A program made the position numbers and the translations under genes. From NCBI RefSeq assembly GCF_018977255.1, contig NW_024704742.1:121708001-121772000 (forward strand): 64,000 nt of DNA, in the 5' to 3' direction. Position 1 is the first letter of the stretch; every line of letters starts with the position of its first letter. Under the pieces are notes generated by a model that saw nothing but the letters and a program-made list of their open reading frames with translations, had not been told where the DNA came from and did no database searches. This DNA is from Callorhinchus milii. Its lineage: Eukaryota. This document shows, piece after piece, positions 49,570-63,354 of this stretch.

Positions 49570-49860
49570 GAGAGAACGTGCATTGTATTCCAATAATTAT
49601 CTCTGAAAATTACATGTCGTTGAATGGAATTCTCAGTTTAGTTTGGATACTCTTAAACATGGTGATGGATTCTTCTGCACAGAAAAATGGAAATTCCTGT
49701 GTCTGAAATGGAGCAGGTAGTATGCATATCGAAATATGAATTTGATCCATTTGTGAATCAAGAAAAAGAAGGAATCTGGATTTCACCGATATCTCTGCTT
49801 GCAGTATTTCACAGTGCAAAGGCAGCACTCTCTGCTTTGAAACCCATGGGAATAACACAT
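49570..49860 (+). mobile_element. Third Gypsy-like RT fragment, inverted relative to its neighbour
   Basis: GGAATTCTCAGTTTAGTTTGGATACTCTTAAACATGGTGATGGATT matches the reverse complement of 18180-18227. Confidence 0.55.
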
Positions 49861-50287
49861 TATATAATGCAAAATTACAATACATTCTGCTGCATTTCGC
49901 CCACAAAATACACAATCAATTCACTTTTCAATATTCTGTGAAGTGCTTTGAGTTGTCTCGAAGATGTGTATCGAAGGTGCTATATCAATTGCAAAGATTA
50001 TTATTATTACTGCGTTTGGTTATGCATGCTCTGAGCTGAGAATACCCTCTTGTAACCCAAACTGTAGTATAGGTACAATGCAGTATCTATACAGTATTGG
50101 TAAACTAACTCCAACTGAGCTCACAGCTTCTCATTATTGTAAGGCAATGATGTCAGTTTAGTAGCACATTAGATGTTTATTATATCAAATGTGCGAGATG
50201 TGCTATTGAAAATTGGTATTGTGGATGGGGAAATGGGGTCCTCAACTGATACATACTGAGATGTAGTAAATATGCATCAATTTGGGT

Positions 50288-50712
50288 CAGTTGGCGGGAC
50301 CTTCACTTCTGGGTCAGAGGTTGTGAGTTCATGACCCATGTTGGGATTTGAGCTCCTAGCCCAGGATGGATTCCAGTTTGGCACTCCAGTGCAGTGTTGG
50401 GGGTATGCTACATTTTTGCAGATGTCATGCTTCGGATGAGAGGTTAAATTGAGTTCCCACCTGTCTGTTCAGGTGGACCTCTTCAGATTCCACAAAGATC
50501 TGTTTGAAAAGAAAAGAGAAGGGAGTTTTTCCCTGTGTCCTGGCCATCCATTCCGCCAGATAAAATTTGTCATTCTGGCTGTTTGTGGGACATTGCTGTG
50601 TGCAAATTGGCTGCCACATTTGCTCACAAAATACACAATCACTAATTTGGTGAAGCACTTTGAGACATCTCGGTGACGTGATAAAGCACACATCAAATGC
50701 AAAGATTATAAT
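50288..50712 (+). mobile_element. SacSINE1-like DeuSINE, near full length
   Basis: Head, Deu body (TTCGGATGAGAGGTTAAA...CAGGTGGAC) and tail. Confidence 0.85.
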
Positions 50713-51674
50713 ATGAATTCTATGCCTGCTCAGATGGGATTGTTTTGAATGCCGAAATGGGCTTCTTTACACTTGGCGGATGCTGGCCTCATTCAATGTG
50801 TGTGAAAAGGTCGACGACACCAATTGGATAGTTTAGTGTCAACACAGCACTATCAAGGACAAGACAACGTATAATGGATGATATATTTCCTACAATGAAA
50901 GCCAACCATCCATTTATATTCTGTTTTTCAAATTAAGCACAGAATAGATCTTCTTGGTCCATTTTCCAATGATGTGCTACAAATGTTCATTCCGGACTAC
51001 TGTTGATGAACAATTAAGATTCAGAGTTAAAACAATATTTTTATTTTAATATACATGCACTACAATTATACTCTTTCAGCTATAAATGTACTGGCAGTGC
51101 AATGATGGTGAAATGTTTCAAAAGGTGGTGGATTGTGAGTGAAATTGCTTCATTAATCTTTCACTGTGCTATTGATTCATTTCCTCAATTAACACTTAAT
51201 TCCCTCTGCTCCGTTCTTAGGGGCTTTCAGTTCTAATAATAAACTGAAGTGTTGGTACTTGATTATGTGCTGCTTATTCCTGAACTTCTAAGTTTATTTT
51301 CATGACTGTATAGCTCATTTCAAATTCTATGCCAGTGTTTATTGGTTAAGAAATTAAGACTGCATAAACAAATCCAAATGTTTTGGAAATCTATAATAAG
51401 CTAATTTGCCATTTGCTACTATTACTTGGGCAATCTTCAGTGTTTGTTGCAATATAGTTTCCATTCATTTTTATTCAACATGTAACTCTTCATTTAAAGA
51501 AAATTCTAATTTTCTCCTAAGAAGCCAGACACAGTGTAATGCTCACCAGAAGACTTTAATATGTCTCCTTTGGCCGTTAATTAAAGCATATAAAGGCTTT
51601 ATTAATGCCATGCTTTACAATGTCTTCTATCAATTTAAGACTATTGACTGAATTTATTAACAACAGCAAATGGC

Positions 51675-52625
51675 ACTTGCTCCCTCTGCCTCCTCGTCCT
51701 CCTTGAACTCTCTTCTGCCTTCAACACTGTAGACCATGGTAGACCTCATCCGCTGCCTCTCCTCTCACCTCAACCTTCACGGTTGTCCTTGAATGATTCA
51801 GATTGTACCTCACACTTTGCCTCCATTTCATCTCCACAAACGTTTTTTCTCTAGCCCTTGCATCATCCCTTGTGGTGATCCTCAGGGCTCTGTCCTTGGT
51901 CTCCTCTTCAATATCTATATGCTCCCCTTGGTGACATCATCTGCAGACGTGGGGTCAATTTCCACATGTATGCGGATGACACCCAACTCTACCTCTCTGC
52001 CTCCATCCTTGGTTCCAGGACCACTGCTGTCCTGACAGAATGTCTGTCAGACATGAAGTCCTGGATGAGAGCCAACTTTCTACAGTTGAAGGTCAACAAG
52101 ACTGAGGCTCTCCTGATTGGCTCCCGTCAGCGCCTCCTCACCTCAGGCGCTGACAGCACCATCCATGGTTGCAAACTCTACCTTGCTAAGTCAGTCCGGA
52201 ACCTTGGGATCTTGTTTGACCCTCAACTATCCTTTCTACCCCACATCTGTGCCATGATCTGCTCTGCCTTCCCCCAACTCTGCAACATTGCCCGGCTCCA
52301 CCACTGTCTCACACCGCAGGCCACCGAAACCCTCATACACGCAATCGTAACATCCAAGATTGACTATGCAAACTCCTTGCTTGTCGGCCTCCCCAACTCC
52401 TCCCTCCATAGGCTGCAGATCATCCAGAACTCTGCAGCAGGCTCCGTGACCCCCATCCTCTCCTGACTCCACTGGCTTCCCATCACACAGAGGATACAAT
52501 TCAAGATCCTGGTCCTCACCTTCAAAGCCCTCCATGGCCTTGCTTCCCCCTACCTCAGCGACTTCCTAACCCCATAACATCACGTCCACTGCTTCAAGAC
52601 CCATCTCAAGACCCTCTTCTTCAAC
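51675..52625 (+). mobile_element. L2 LINE (subfamily A) RT fragment
   Basis: [34 protein letters not shown]. Confidence 0.95.
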
Positions 52626-53077
52626 CGTAAGGACAGAAGTGATCATGAGCATTCTCTGAGAGTAATGTATCAGGATTCTGACTGTCTGAATTTATTGCCA
52701 TGGAAGATTCTATTGCCATAGATGTGCCTTGAAATGGAAAGGTATTGGATATGTGGTGAGGACTCTGTCTGAAGTGAGTCGAGTTGCTGACTGGAATATA
52801 CACAGCAAGACTCCAGGGCCCTGTGTATGCTTCTGATGAAGTCTATATGCTCATAGGTGAAGTACCTAAGGACAGAAACACAGTAGAGCTGTGAGATCCC
52901 TGCAGAAATTCTTCATGAATGACTGAAACTTATTTCCAAGATTTTCAATACTAGAAGTGATGATTCCTTGGAGCCTGGAATCCATAGCAGGCATGGGAGC
53001 ATCTGTCAGGAAGACTACCAAGCCGCTGAGTCTCTTAACACAGGCATATTTTGCTGCAGTTAGCTTCTTGTCAAGCA

Positions 53078-53680
53078 ACAACAACTTGAACATATAAAAT
53101 CTCTATTTATTCAGTTAAGCATCTCAGAGTGCTTCACAGAGATGGAGAATGAGGCTGAGCAGGGTGGAAGATGGGGTTAACAGGGAGATAAAGGCTCAGT
53201 CAAAGAGAGAGAGAGTTTTAAAACGGTTTTCAAAATGGAAAGGAAGGGTTTGTGGTGCAGGGATTTAGGGAAAGAGATCCAGAGACTGGACGCAAGGTGG
53301 CTGAAAGCCCTCACGTTGATGATGAGGTGTGGAGTGGAGGGAGGGGAGGAGTGGGAGAAACATGGAGCACATAGATTCAGAGAATGATACGGCACAGAAT
53401 GAGGACATTCGGCCCATCGTGTCTATGCCGGCTCTTTGAAATGAGCTACCCAAATTAATCCCACTTCTCCGCTCTCTCCCCTTAGACCGGCAAACGTGTT
53501 CTCCCCAAATATCTATCTGCTTCTTTCTTGAAAGTTGTTATCGAGTCGGCTTGCAGGTGTGGAAGCCGATTCGATCTGAGTTGGCAGAGTGGAGGAAGTG
53601 GCGGGGGAGTAGGATTGCTGGAAATCACAAAGATAGGCTGGAGCAAGGCAATGGAGACATTTGAAAGTTGAAATCAATTA
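53078..53680 (-). mobile_element. Degraded L2 3' end interrupted by a CR1 3' UTR fragment
   Basis: L2 tail at 53078, RAFSHLA motif, CR1 tail about 53370-53550. Confidence 0.7.
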
Positions 53681-54149
53681 GTTGGGGAACAGTGAAACCT
53701 GTTGAAGATGGGTTGGTGGAGTTGTGGAGCTTGATACTAGAAAAATAGGGGCTGCAGAATGGCAGCCTGTGGGTGGACTATGGATACAATGAATTTGCCT
53801 ATGCTGTTTGGCCATCATATTACGTATTGCGGACATAACACTATGAACACCTTCCTGTTCCTCAAGCACTACGATCTTGAAGCCTGACCCTTGGACCTCC
53901 ATATCTTTCTGTCCTGATTTTGATGTTACTGGTTCTTGTTTGACATCCCATGAAAATTGTGACCTTTGATGTTTTATTCAGTACAATATTGACAATAGCT
54001 AATTTTGCAGTGTGCATCCATTGGTAGAATTAAGTGATTTCAATTCAGCCGATTATCTTATGCATTTGAGCTGCGCTTACCATGGTAATTCACATTTAAA
54101 TGCATTATCAACAAAAACAAATTACATTTGTACAGTTAGTTGGGAGGAA

Positions 54150-54385
54150 TGGGGGGGAAGCCAGTGAACCCAGGCGAGGGTTGGGGTCACAGGGCCTGGT
54201 GCGGGAGAGGACATGAACTGCAGAGTTCTGGATGATCTGCAGCTTGTGGAGGGAAGAGTTGGGGAGGCCAACAGGGAGGGAGTTTCCGTAGTCGAGCTTC
54301 AAGGTGATGAATGCGTTTCGGCAACCTGAGGGTTGAGGCAGTGGCAGAGTCGGACAATGTTGCGGAGGTGGGAAGGCCGATTAGC
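54150..54385 (-). mobile_element. L2 internal fragment
   Basis: LDYGNSL.VGLPNSSLHKLQIIQNSA. Confidence 0.85.
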
Positions 54386-55076
54386 AAGGAGTTGCGTATA
54401 CTGTAGTGACTTTTGGTTAGGGTGAGCTTCACCTTTGCAGTTAATTTCTCATCAATAATGTGTTGTTGCAACCCTTTGCATTCTTCTTGTGATATTGAAA
54501 TTCATTTACTTTGATGCCTTCCCAGATGTGGATGCATTTTGTAGGGTTGGAATCTTTCATTCTGAACAAGAGCTCAGTGTTTGAGTAGGTTTTCAGTCAG
54601 AAGCTTTGAATGCATTTCTGAAATGAGATTGACTTGTCTTACTGCTGCAATTTTGCGTTAGCTGCTCCTTTTTGGCTTGTCCATCAGGCAAACAGGCACT
54701 AATCCAAGACACTTTTATGTTCTAATAAAATTAAAACTCAGTGCCAGGTCTTCTAAAGTGACTCTCTATCACATCATCTGATACTAACCTCTGAATATCA
54801 ATGGGACTAAATGACTTGATGCTTCTTCACAAGCCAGACTAGAGTATATTTAATAACATTGCCTGTAATTTCCATTATGAGACTATGCTTTGAGCATATC
54901 AGATACCACAATTGGTATTTAACTTGCGTCAAGCAATATTATTAGCTCATGGAAATGTATGCAAACTTTCGATGGATGGCTATTAGTTTAGTAAATTTAG
55001 TGACATTCTAGACTATAATGGAGATTTTAAAAAATGATATTCTACGTGGAGAAGCAGCACAGTGAACAAGCTAATA

Positions 55077-55095
55077 TGTCCACTAGGTGGCAGGA
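55077..55095 (+). promoter_or_regulatory. CTCF binding motif
   Basis: TGTCCACTAGGTGGCAGGA matches the CTCF core CCACTAGGTGGCAG; non-repeat context. Confidence 0.6.
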
Positions 55096-58000
55096 GATCA
55101 CATTAAACTAGGAGCATTTTTCTTTTCTTTGTTAAACTGAGTTCTGAACTTCATACTTTAATTCCTGTTTAGAGGAAAACAAACAGCAAAAGGATCTGTA
55201 GAAATGGATGTAAAAAGTAAATTAGTAGTCTCCACTTTGGTAATACCCATATAGCACAGATGGGTGAAAAATACATTGTATCATTGCAAATTTGGGAATT
55301 ATTGAATGTGTTGTCGACTTATATGAAACATTACATTGTTGATTGCTTTAACAAATAGTTATTTTATGAGTATTCATTTCTGGGCTTATTTAACTGTTCT
55401 AGTCTATCTTAATGGAACATCATTGGCTTCAGGGACTTTGGATCAGGCAACCAGGAATAATTTACTCCAAAAACATTGTTTTAAATTTGTCAGGAACTCA
55501 TGTCCTGAAACAGATGCTGTGGACTTGATGAAGAAACTCAAATATTCTCCTGGAGGTTATTGTTTTGAGGGCCTGGCAGGGACAAATCGACCTCAGTGCT
55601 TCCATGGGATCTGTGGTGTTAATTGATACATGGAGACCAGTCAGTAATGCTTGCATTGAATTAGAATGCTCCCAGGACAATATCCTATGTGAAGGGTGCT
55701 ATATAAATGCAAATTGTTGTTGATTTGGTTATCACGAATAGAAACATGTACCATCATAACTGGCTGGCACTACCTATTGGCGGCCCACAATAACTCTGGA
55801 GTTTAGTCTTTCGGTGGGTGACTTGAGCTGTGAAACCCAGGATAAACTGAGATCGAATTGTGTGATACGAAAGTGAACTGGTGAAACCATTGTGAAGTAT
55901 AAGTACTGCTACAAGAAAACAGTAATGTTAGACGATAAAAATTTTAAAATGGGTTGTTAAAATATGGAATGTTTTATCACAAATGGCGGTGGTGAAGTGG
56001 AGTGCATAATAATACATTAAAGAGAATTTTATGAAGATTTTGTTGAAACTATTAAAGAGCATGTGAAAAGAGGATTGGAGTAGGTACCTGTGGGTTGGCT
56101 TGTTGCATATCTGGTTAACATCAGTATACAAGATTTGTGCATCCTTTTTCAATCTATTGTGAATATCACATTTTGACCCTCAATAGTAGATTTTTAGACA
56201 CTTTTTAAACTCTATTAAATTACACATGGTTATGCATAGGCCTATTCTCCTGCCCCTGTATATCACTGAACAACATTTGTGGACAAAAAGACATGTTGTT
56301 GACCTTGTCAGCTTCTGCATGGATTTGGGAAGAATCAAGTGCACCATATGCTAAGCATATTGATGGATGAGTCAAATGATTCTGCCATAAATCCTGAAAC
56401 AATCTGTTTTGGCAGCTTCATCTTAAATTCTTGTCTGTCAAATGCATACAAAAAAATGTTTTGAACACTTGAACATTCAATGACTGATTATACAAATAAG
56501 AAGGATGTTATTTTTCTCAACTCTTACCATGTCTGTATCATTAATAATGAATGTATGAATGTAGTGTAGGATGTTTGTAGAAGAAAATCATTCCTCATGT
56601 TTCATTCTTTATGCGCAGACCTGGATGTATCATATCTTTTCAACTGCTGTTGCTAACCTCATGCCAATTAGATTGTCAGATCGGCATCAGAATTTCCCTG
56701 GTCAATTTGAGGTAAAATAATGGGGACAATGCATGATTTTGTTTGGCTTTTTAATTATTAATAATAATAGTAATAATCTTCTGTTTGCATTAAACAATTT
56801 TCATCTTTCTAAATTTTGGTTACAAACTTCTCTTGAGTTCCCATGATGGACCAGTGCGGAAAAGCCTAGCCATTCAGACCAAAAGGTTCCAAGTTTGAAT
56901 CCTGGTTTGTGCTGAGTTAGCTGATCTCAGAAAGGATAGCAGTTGGACATTTTAATTGGATTATGGAGAGGAAAATCAGCTATGGTTTTTACTCCTGATA
57001 GCTCTCCAGAAACCCCTGTTTGAAGGCCCTTATATGTATTCATCAATTGAGGACAGTAGCTAGTCAACTGTGAGGCTTCCTATGGATGAAATTCCTGTGA
57101 ATAGATGGATGCCAAAACTCGCTCATTACTTTGGAGTGTAGACCAGTGCTCATGGAACCATTCTTCACTGGAACAAAAAAAGTTGTACACTTTCAGGAGA
57201 GAGTGAGCAGAGAAAACTGGCAGAGAGGAAAAATGGATCCATCACTCTCTATGACATTAATATTAAAATCCATCTCCATGGTGACAATGATTGTCAGTAT
57301 TCCTTCATAACTGTCAAAAGTTAATGATTCACAGCCATTGTTCCTTTAATTTAGTCTCTGTGTGGTTTTATATCTTGTGTAATTTTACCTCACCATATGC
57401 ATACATTCTTTATATTGTACCTGGGGGAATCTCTAGTGACCTTTTCTGTTTTTAATATCTCTGATACTGCAGTGGCCTCGTTCCTTCAGTCTTCTGAAAA
57501 CTCTGCTATTCAAGGCTCATTAAACAGGTTGCTCAACGCCCTATACCTCTGTTGTGTTTGACTTTTAGTACCACATTTAGGTTGTTCTGATTGTAAACGA
57601 ACACTAAGAATTGATCATGCTGTAGTTTTATCAGTACATTATTGCAATATTTCCCAAAGCTTATTTTTGCTGTGTAGATAAAAATTGAAAACTAATTTAG
57701 CGCTGAGAAGACGATACTGGGGTTTTCTGAGAGCTTAATATAATGCTTTGAACCCAGGGTTTGCCTTGAAACAGCCAATAAGGAAAATGCTTATTAGTAT
57801 TAAATCATACAGAGAATGAAACCATTGCTGTAAGTTCCTTCTTCTCAAATAATTTATTATATTAATTTTACTGACTTTCAACTATGGATGATTATTCCTG
57901 CTTGAGCCTGATAGAGAATGTCAGCCTGATAATGTCACTTGTGCAAGGGTGCCCATCGATTGCCCAGCCTGCACTGCAAAGCACTTAGAGATGTTCTCCC

Positions 58001-58282
58001 CACGTGAAACCCGCTAAATAAATGTAAATTACAACAACAACTTGCACTGATATAGCACCCTCCATGCAGGGTAGTGTCTCAGAGCGCTTAACAGTGGTGG
58101 AGTCTGACTCTATAATTATATTGTATTGTAAGGTACTAGGGTGCAAAGATCTTGGCCATTCATCAAGATTGCTCAATAAAATGATCTGGTGAGTAAAGGC
58201 ATCGCCTCATTTATCATGGAGCCACAATAGCAGGTTAGATTTTGTGGCCGGTGCTGTCAGTTTTAATAGTTGTTTTCAGCTG

Positions 58283-58632
58283 TGTGGAATCTTAGCTTAG
58301 TAGTTAGAACACTAACCTCACAAGTGAGGGATCTGGTTTCGATTCCCGGGTAAGTTTCCTAACTCCACACGCCTCTGTTTAACGAGCAATAAGTAGGAAC
58401 CCAGTTGCTAGTCCATTGGTGGATCGCTTTTCCGAGGGCACTAATCCCTTAAAAAAAAATTGGGTCACTCAATCCATGACTGTTTGTGAGACACTGCTGT
58501 GCGCAATTGGCTGCCAGTGTTTCACCCACAAAATGTACAATCAATTAACTTTACAGTATATTCTGTGAAGCACTTTGAGATGTCTCGAAGATGTGATATG
58601 GAGTTATATCAATTGCAAGGATTATTATTATA
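58283..58632 (+). mobile_element. tRNA-headed SINE, long form
   Basis: Head, central CTCTGTTTA...AAGTAGGAACCC segment, tail. Confidence 0.85.
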
Positions 58633-59419
58633 TTGTTTTCAGCTGGAAAGCAGGTGGCATGTTGGAATTGGACTAACATCTGGAGGCTGAGAAGGTAAGA
58701 AATCTGCCTGAGGTGTCATGTTTGATCACTATTCGGTGCATCCTTGGGGGAGAGTGTCTGCAGGTGGACATCAGTTGAAAACTGGGTCCCTCCACAATTA
58801 AATAGTCTGGCAACATTTACTAGAAAGGTGCTGTCATGAAGAATTCCCACTTGGGTAAGACAATGAAGCTTTGCAGCTGTGGATTTGCAGCCTAGCATGA
58901 ATGGATGAGGAAGTGCAGAAAAAGGGGGAGAAATTGGGGTTTTTAAAAAATAGATCTATTTGGAATTAAGTTAGGCCACAGTTAGTCTACTACTTTTATC
59001 TTGGAGCGATTGGGGTCTAATTTGATTTAATTTAATTCAAAATAATTTCTCAATGGATTTCTTGTACACATTCAATATTTTAGAAATTTGACAATTACTC
59101 ATATCACATGAAAGAATCTGTTAAGAAATAATGCAAATTTAGATCCTAATATAACAATATAATAAGGCTTTTTTTAACTTTATTTCATTACTTTTCTTCA
59201 ACACTGTTTTCCCATTGTTAAATAAAATGATTAGTAAGTATGTATTTGAATTTTGACTTGAATTAAATTTATTGCAATCTCTTTGAGAAATAAATTAATT
59301 TGCATATCTGAGACATTTGCAGTGAAAATCAGATGTTGTGGGGTCAAAACACCCTGTGTAATAAGACAACCAAAAGCTGTTGAAATGTTACCAAGGTGAT
59401 TTAGATGCTTTTATGTGTC

Positions 59420-60170
59420 AGAACATAAGAAATGCTAGGCTAAAAAAGACCAAGGTCCATCTAATTCGCCTTCCACCTTCCTGGAGGTCACTTGCACATA
59501 TGTCCCAAACTACCTATCTATTATATCCCATAATGTTATTTCCTAAAAGAATACTATCTAATCTGTGTTTGAAAGAATCAACACTTCCTGCTTCAACCGA
59601 CTCCCTAGGGAGCCTGTTCCACAGGTTCACTGTCCGCTCACTGAAATAGTGTTTGTGTAGTTTAATTCTGAATTTACCCCCCTTCAATCGCAGGCCGTGT
59701 CCTCTGGTTTTACTATTCTGGACAAGTTGAAACAGCCTGTCATGATCTATATTGTCCTGCCCCACTAGAATCTTAAAGACAGCAATCATGTGGCCACTCA
59801 ATCTTCTCTTTTCCAGCATGAACATGCCCAATTTACTTAGTCGCTCATCATAGTCCAATCCCTCCATTCCCTCAATCATTTTTGTTGCCCTCCTCTGTAT
59901 CTTCTCGATTTCTCCAATATCCTTTTTGTACTGCGGCGACCAGAACTGTACATAGTACTCTACGTATGGTCTCATACAATGGCAGGATTATCCCACTATT
60001 GATCTTTTGATACATCCCAACATCTGGTTGCTTTACTCACTGCCATAGAGCATTGTTGGGAGAGACATTTATGTCAGTCAGGACCTCCAGGTCCTTTTCA
60101 TTTTCCATATATATTATTTTCCTTCCGTTCAAATAATATTCTCTTCCAGGATTTTTGTCCCCATGGAAAC
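59420..60170 (-). mobile_element. CR1 LINE 3' region, same subfamily as 48240-48560
   Basis: RPYVEYYVQFWSP, LEKRRLSG, TRGHGLRL, VNLWNRLP; shared 3' UTR. Confidence 0.95.
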
Positions 60171-61304
60171 TGCTTAAATCCATTTTGGTTGTCGTTTGCA
60201 TAAATACAATATAAAAAATAATTGTTCATGGACTAATCTAATGGAAACAGATATCACAATTTAACTCATGAATTAGAGGATGCCAACTTGAGTTCAACCA
60301 AGACTTGAAATTATAATAATAATAATCCTTGCATTTGATGTCGCACCTTATCATGTCTTTAGGACGTCTCAAAGCGCTTCACAGAATATACTGTAAAGTG
60401 CATTGACTGTATTTTGTGTGCGATTGAAGTTTCTTTTAGCACAGTTCCTGCTTACCTAGAATCATTCAAGCAGTCAGTCTTGGGCGTTGTGATAACTAAA
60501 AAGAAGTAAGGAATGATTGATTACTGGCCCTGAGCTGCCACTTGCTCATGATTGATAGAAAAGCATTAAAAATTGCTATTCAAACGTCAATATTTTAAAA
60601 TTATGAGGGATTAATTTGTGCAAAATATATAACTTTGTGAATCTCCTCCTTTAAAGTTGCAATATTAAATTTTGCTGATTGGACCAGAAGAAGCTATTGA
60701 ATCCAATTTAGAAAATAAATGGATTTTATTTTTTGAATTTCTGTCATATCAAATCATTTTGGGAAAAATGTATTGGTGATGAATGCTTGTCTGTTTGTTA
60801 CTCAGTTATTTGAACTGGATTGTAAAAAAAAGCCAACTTTATCATTTTGTTGTTCAGAGTTTGGGGGGGGAAGCATATTGATTCTTGATGATTCTTAGTC
60901 TTGGCTTGATGACCTGCTGGGATCGATACAAGATGTATAAGATGTGTCTACTGCTGCAAAGCACGACTTAGCATAACAATCTGAAGCACACATGTCTGTC
61001 AGCCCATGTAAGCACAATACACTTTTATTTCTGCCAAAGAGTCAAAGTTAACACTTAAATGCCTATTCCACAGTTCAAAAGTAGCAGCTTGCTTCAGTTG
61101 GTAGCACCCTTGCTTCTGGGTTAGAAGGTTGTAGGTTACCTTGAGCCCCTGAACAGAGAGAGTGCTGAATAGTTGGAGGTACAATCCTTGTGATATGAAG
61201 ATGAATTCCTGTCTGCAAATTCATTTGTACGTCATAGGTCAAATTGTGTATTTAAAAAAACAGCAGGGAGTTTCTTCTGGTGAACAATCCGGCAGATCAA
61301 TGGG

Positions 61305-62000
61305 GGTCCCATTGGAGGTCGCGCTTTCAGCCACTACGCCCCGAAACTTTGGAACACTGTCCCTCAAACCCTCCACCTTGCCCCCTCTCTCCCTTTTTTC
61401 AAGTCCTGCCTTAAAACCTTCCTTTTTGACTGTCCTTACAGTCACCTCCCCCACCCCCCCACCGGCTTGAAGCCAGGCTCCTCCACTGTTAAGTGCTCTC
61501 AGAAACTACCCTGAGTGGAGGGCACTATATAAGTGCAAGTTGTTGCTGTTGTAAATAGGTCATTCACTTATTTGTGGGGACCTTACTGTGTGTGAATTGA
61601 CTGCTGCATATGCCTACAAATACGCAAGTCATTATGCTTGATTATGAACTGGTTCGAGACATTATTGACATAATACCAATTCCCCATATTGCCAGTCCCA
61701 TACATTGCTCTATAACAACTACCTTTGCTTCCTTAGATCAGAAGCTCATTCCTTATCTCTGCGATCTTGACCTGCCATCTTCAATGAACTACCAGAGTCT
61801 GAGCCCTCAGCCACTATGCTCCTAACCTCAGGAACTCCCTCCCAAGGAACCTCCACATTACCCTCTCTTTGTCCATCTTTTAAATCTTCCTGAATATCTA
61901 CTTCTTTAACAGTTCCGATAATCACCTCCCTCCTCCCTTGGACTCAGTGTCCAGCAGCATCTGTGAATTGCTTCAAAATGTTCTATATAAATCAAGTTGT
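61305..62000 (+). mobile_element. Two degraded L2 3' fragments (about 61305-61550 and 61690-62000)
   Basis: IGGRAFSHYAP-encoding sequence and L2 tails. Confidence 0.7.
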
Positions 62001-63354
62001 ATAGGTGCTGTGTGAAATGCAGGTAATGCAGTATTATAAATGCCTAAACAATGCATTGCTGGAGATATTTTAAAACACTTTAATGCAGTGAATGAAATAT
62101 TGTGCATGCTGTTGTTTACACTATCTTCCTCAGCCACATATGTTCCTAGCTTGCACCTTCTCTGAACCCCTTCCTGACTGCATCTGTCACAAAAGATGGA
62201 ATGGATTAGAATTTGTCTGCACCTAGTAACAAATGCAATGAAGTACATTTAAGGACCATTAAATTCAGTTGCTATTCACAAAATAAAAAAACGCGTTATG
62301 TTGGGTCTATTTTTTCTGTTAGAGAACGGGAGAAAATAGGCAGAGGGGTGGGGGGGAATTAACACAAAAAAAACCTCAAGTAAATACAGGCAAAATATGA
62401 CACTCAAGTATCCACTGGCTTACTATTGCACACATCACATTGTACATATAATTCTGGAATTGCCATTGATATCACAGTTGCTGGAAAAATCAGCAATTTT
62501 TTAAAAAAAATGAGATTCAGGTGAAAATTTTTACCTATTGACTTTCACCCTCACGAAAATGAGTATTTATAGCTGGAAATCAAAAGTCAATTTTGATTCT
62601 CCTTTAATTGCATTTGATGTTGATTTATGTAAGTACAGTGCACTTATTGGACAGCTTTCCACTGCAAATGTAGCTTTGGTTCACAGAAAATGGGAACTAC
62701 AGCACACTGTAATGCATTATTTTGCTGGCAGGATGTGCTGTGGGCAAATGTTGTTTCGGGGGAGCTGGTTTTGTGCTGTGCCTGTACTCAGCACTTATTA
62801 TTTTCTCTTTGGAAAGATGCTCATGCCAACATCAGGACATTGCAAAGGAGAGAAAGTACAGGGCTCCTGCCCCTGACTGTTGATTGAACCTTTGCTGTGT
62901 ATGATTATATGGTACGATATTAGCAAGACATCCAGAGTTGGAAATATGTTTAAATTTGTCTCTGTTTGTAGTAATTTCCCATCAAAGACAGAAGGTTGTG
63001 GGATTGAACCCCACACCAAGAATTGAGCTCATAATCTAGGCTGACAACCCAGCTGAGTGCTGCATTAAGGTTGCAAGATTGCAAGTGAAGTACAGATGAA
63101 GAAAGCATTTCAGCCTATTGCAAAATAAATCTCTTTCCATCAACCAAGTGAGGGTTCAAACCTACACATGTTGGATGTCAAATGACAACTAGTGCATATT
63201 CTCCAGGGAGGATGTAAGCAGAGTTCCCCTTGGAGCTGAGCTGGCCCATAGAAATGTCCCACAAACACCGATGAAGTGAATGACCAATTTTATTTGGGGG
63301 AATTGTTGGTTCGAACACTTAGGATACTGGGAGAAATTTCATTGTGCCATGAGA

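Noticed and set aside
57473..57527. Possible exon VASFLQSSENSAIQGSLNR
   Set aside because: Donor GTTGCT is poor and there is no other support
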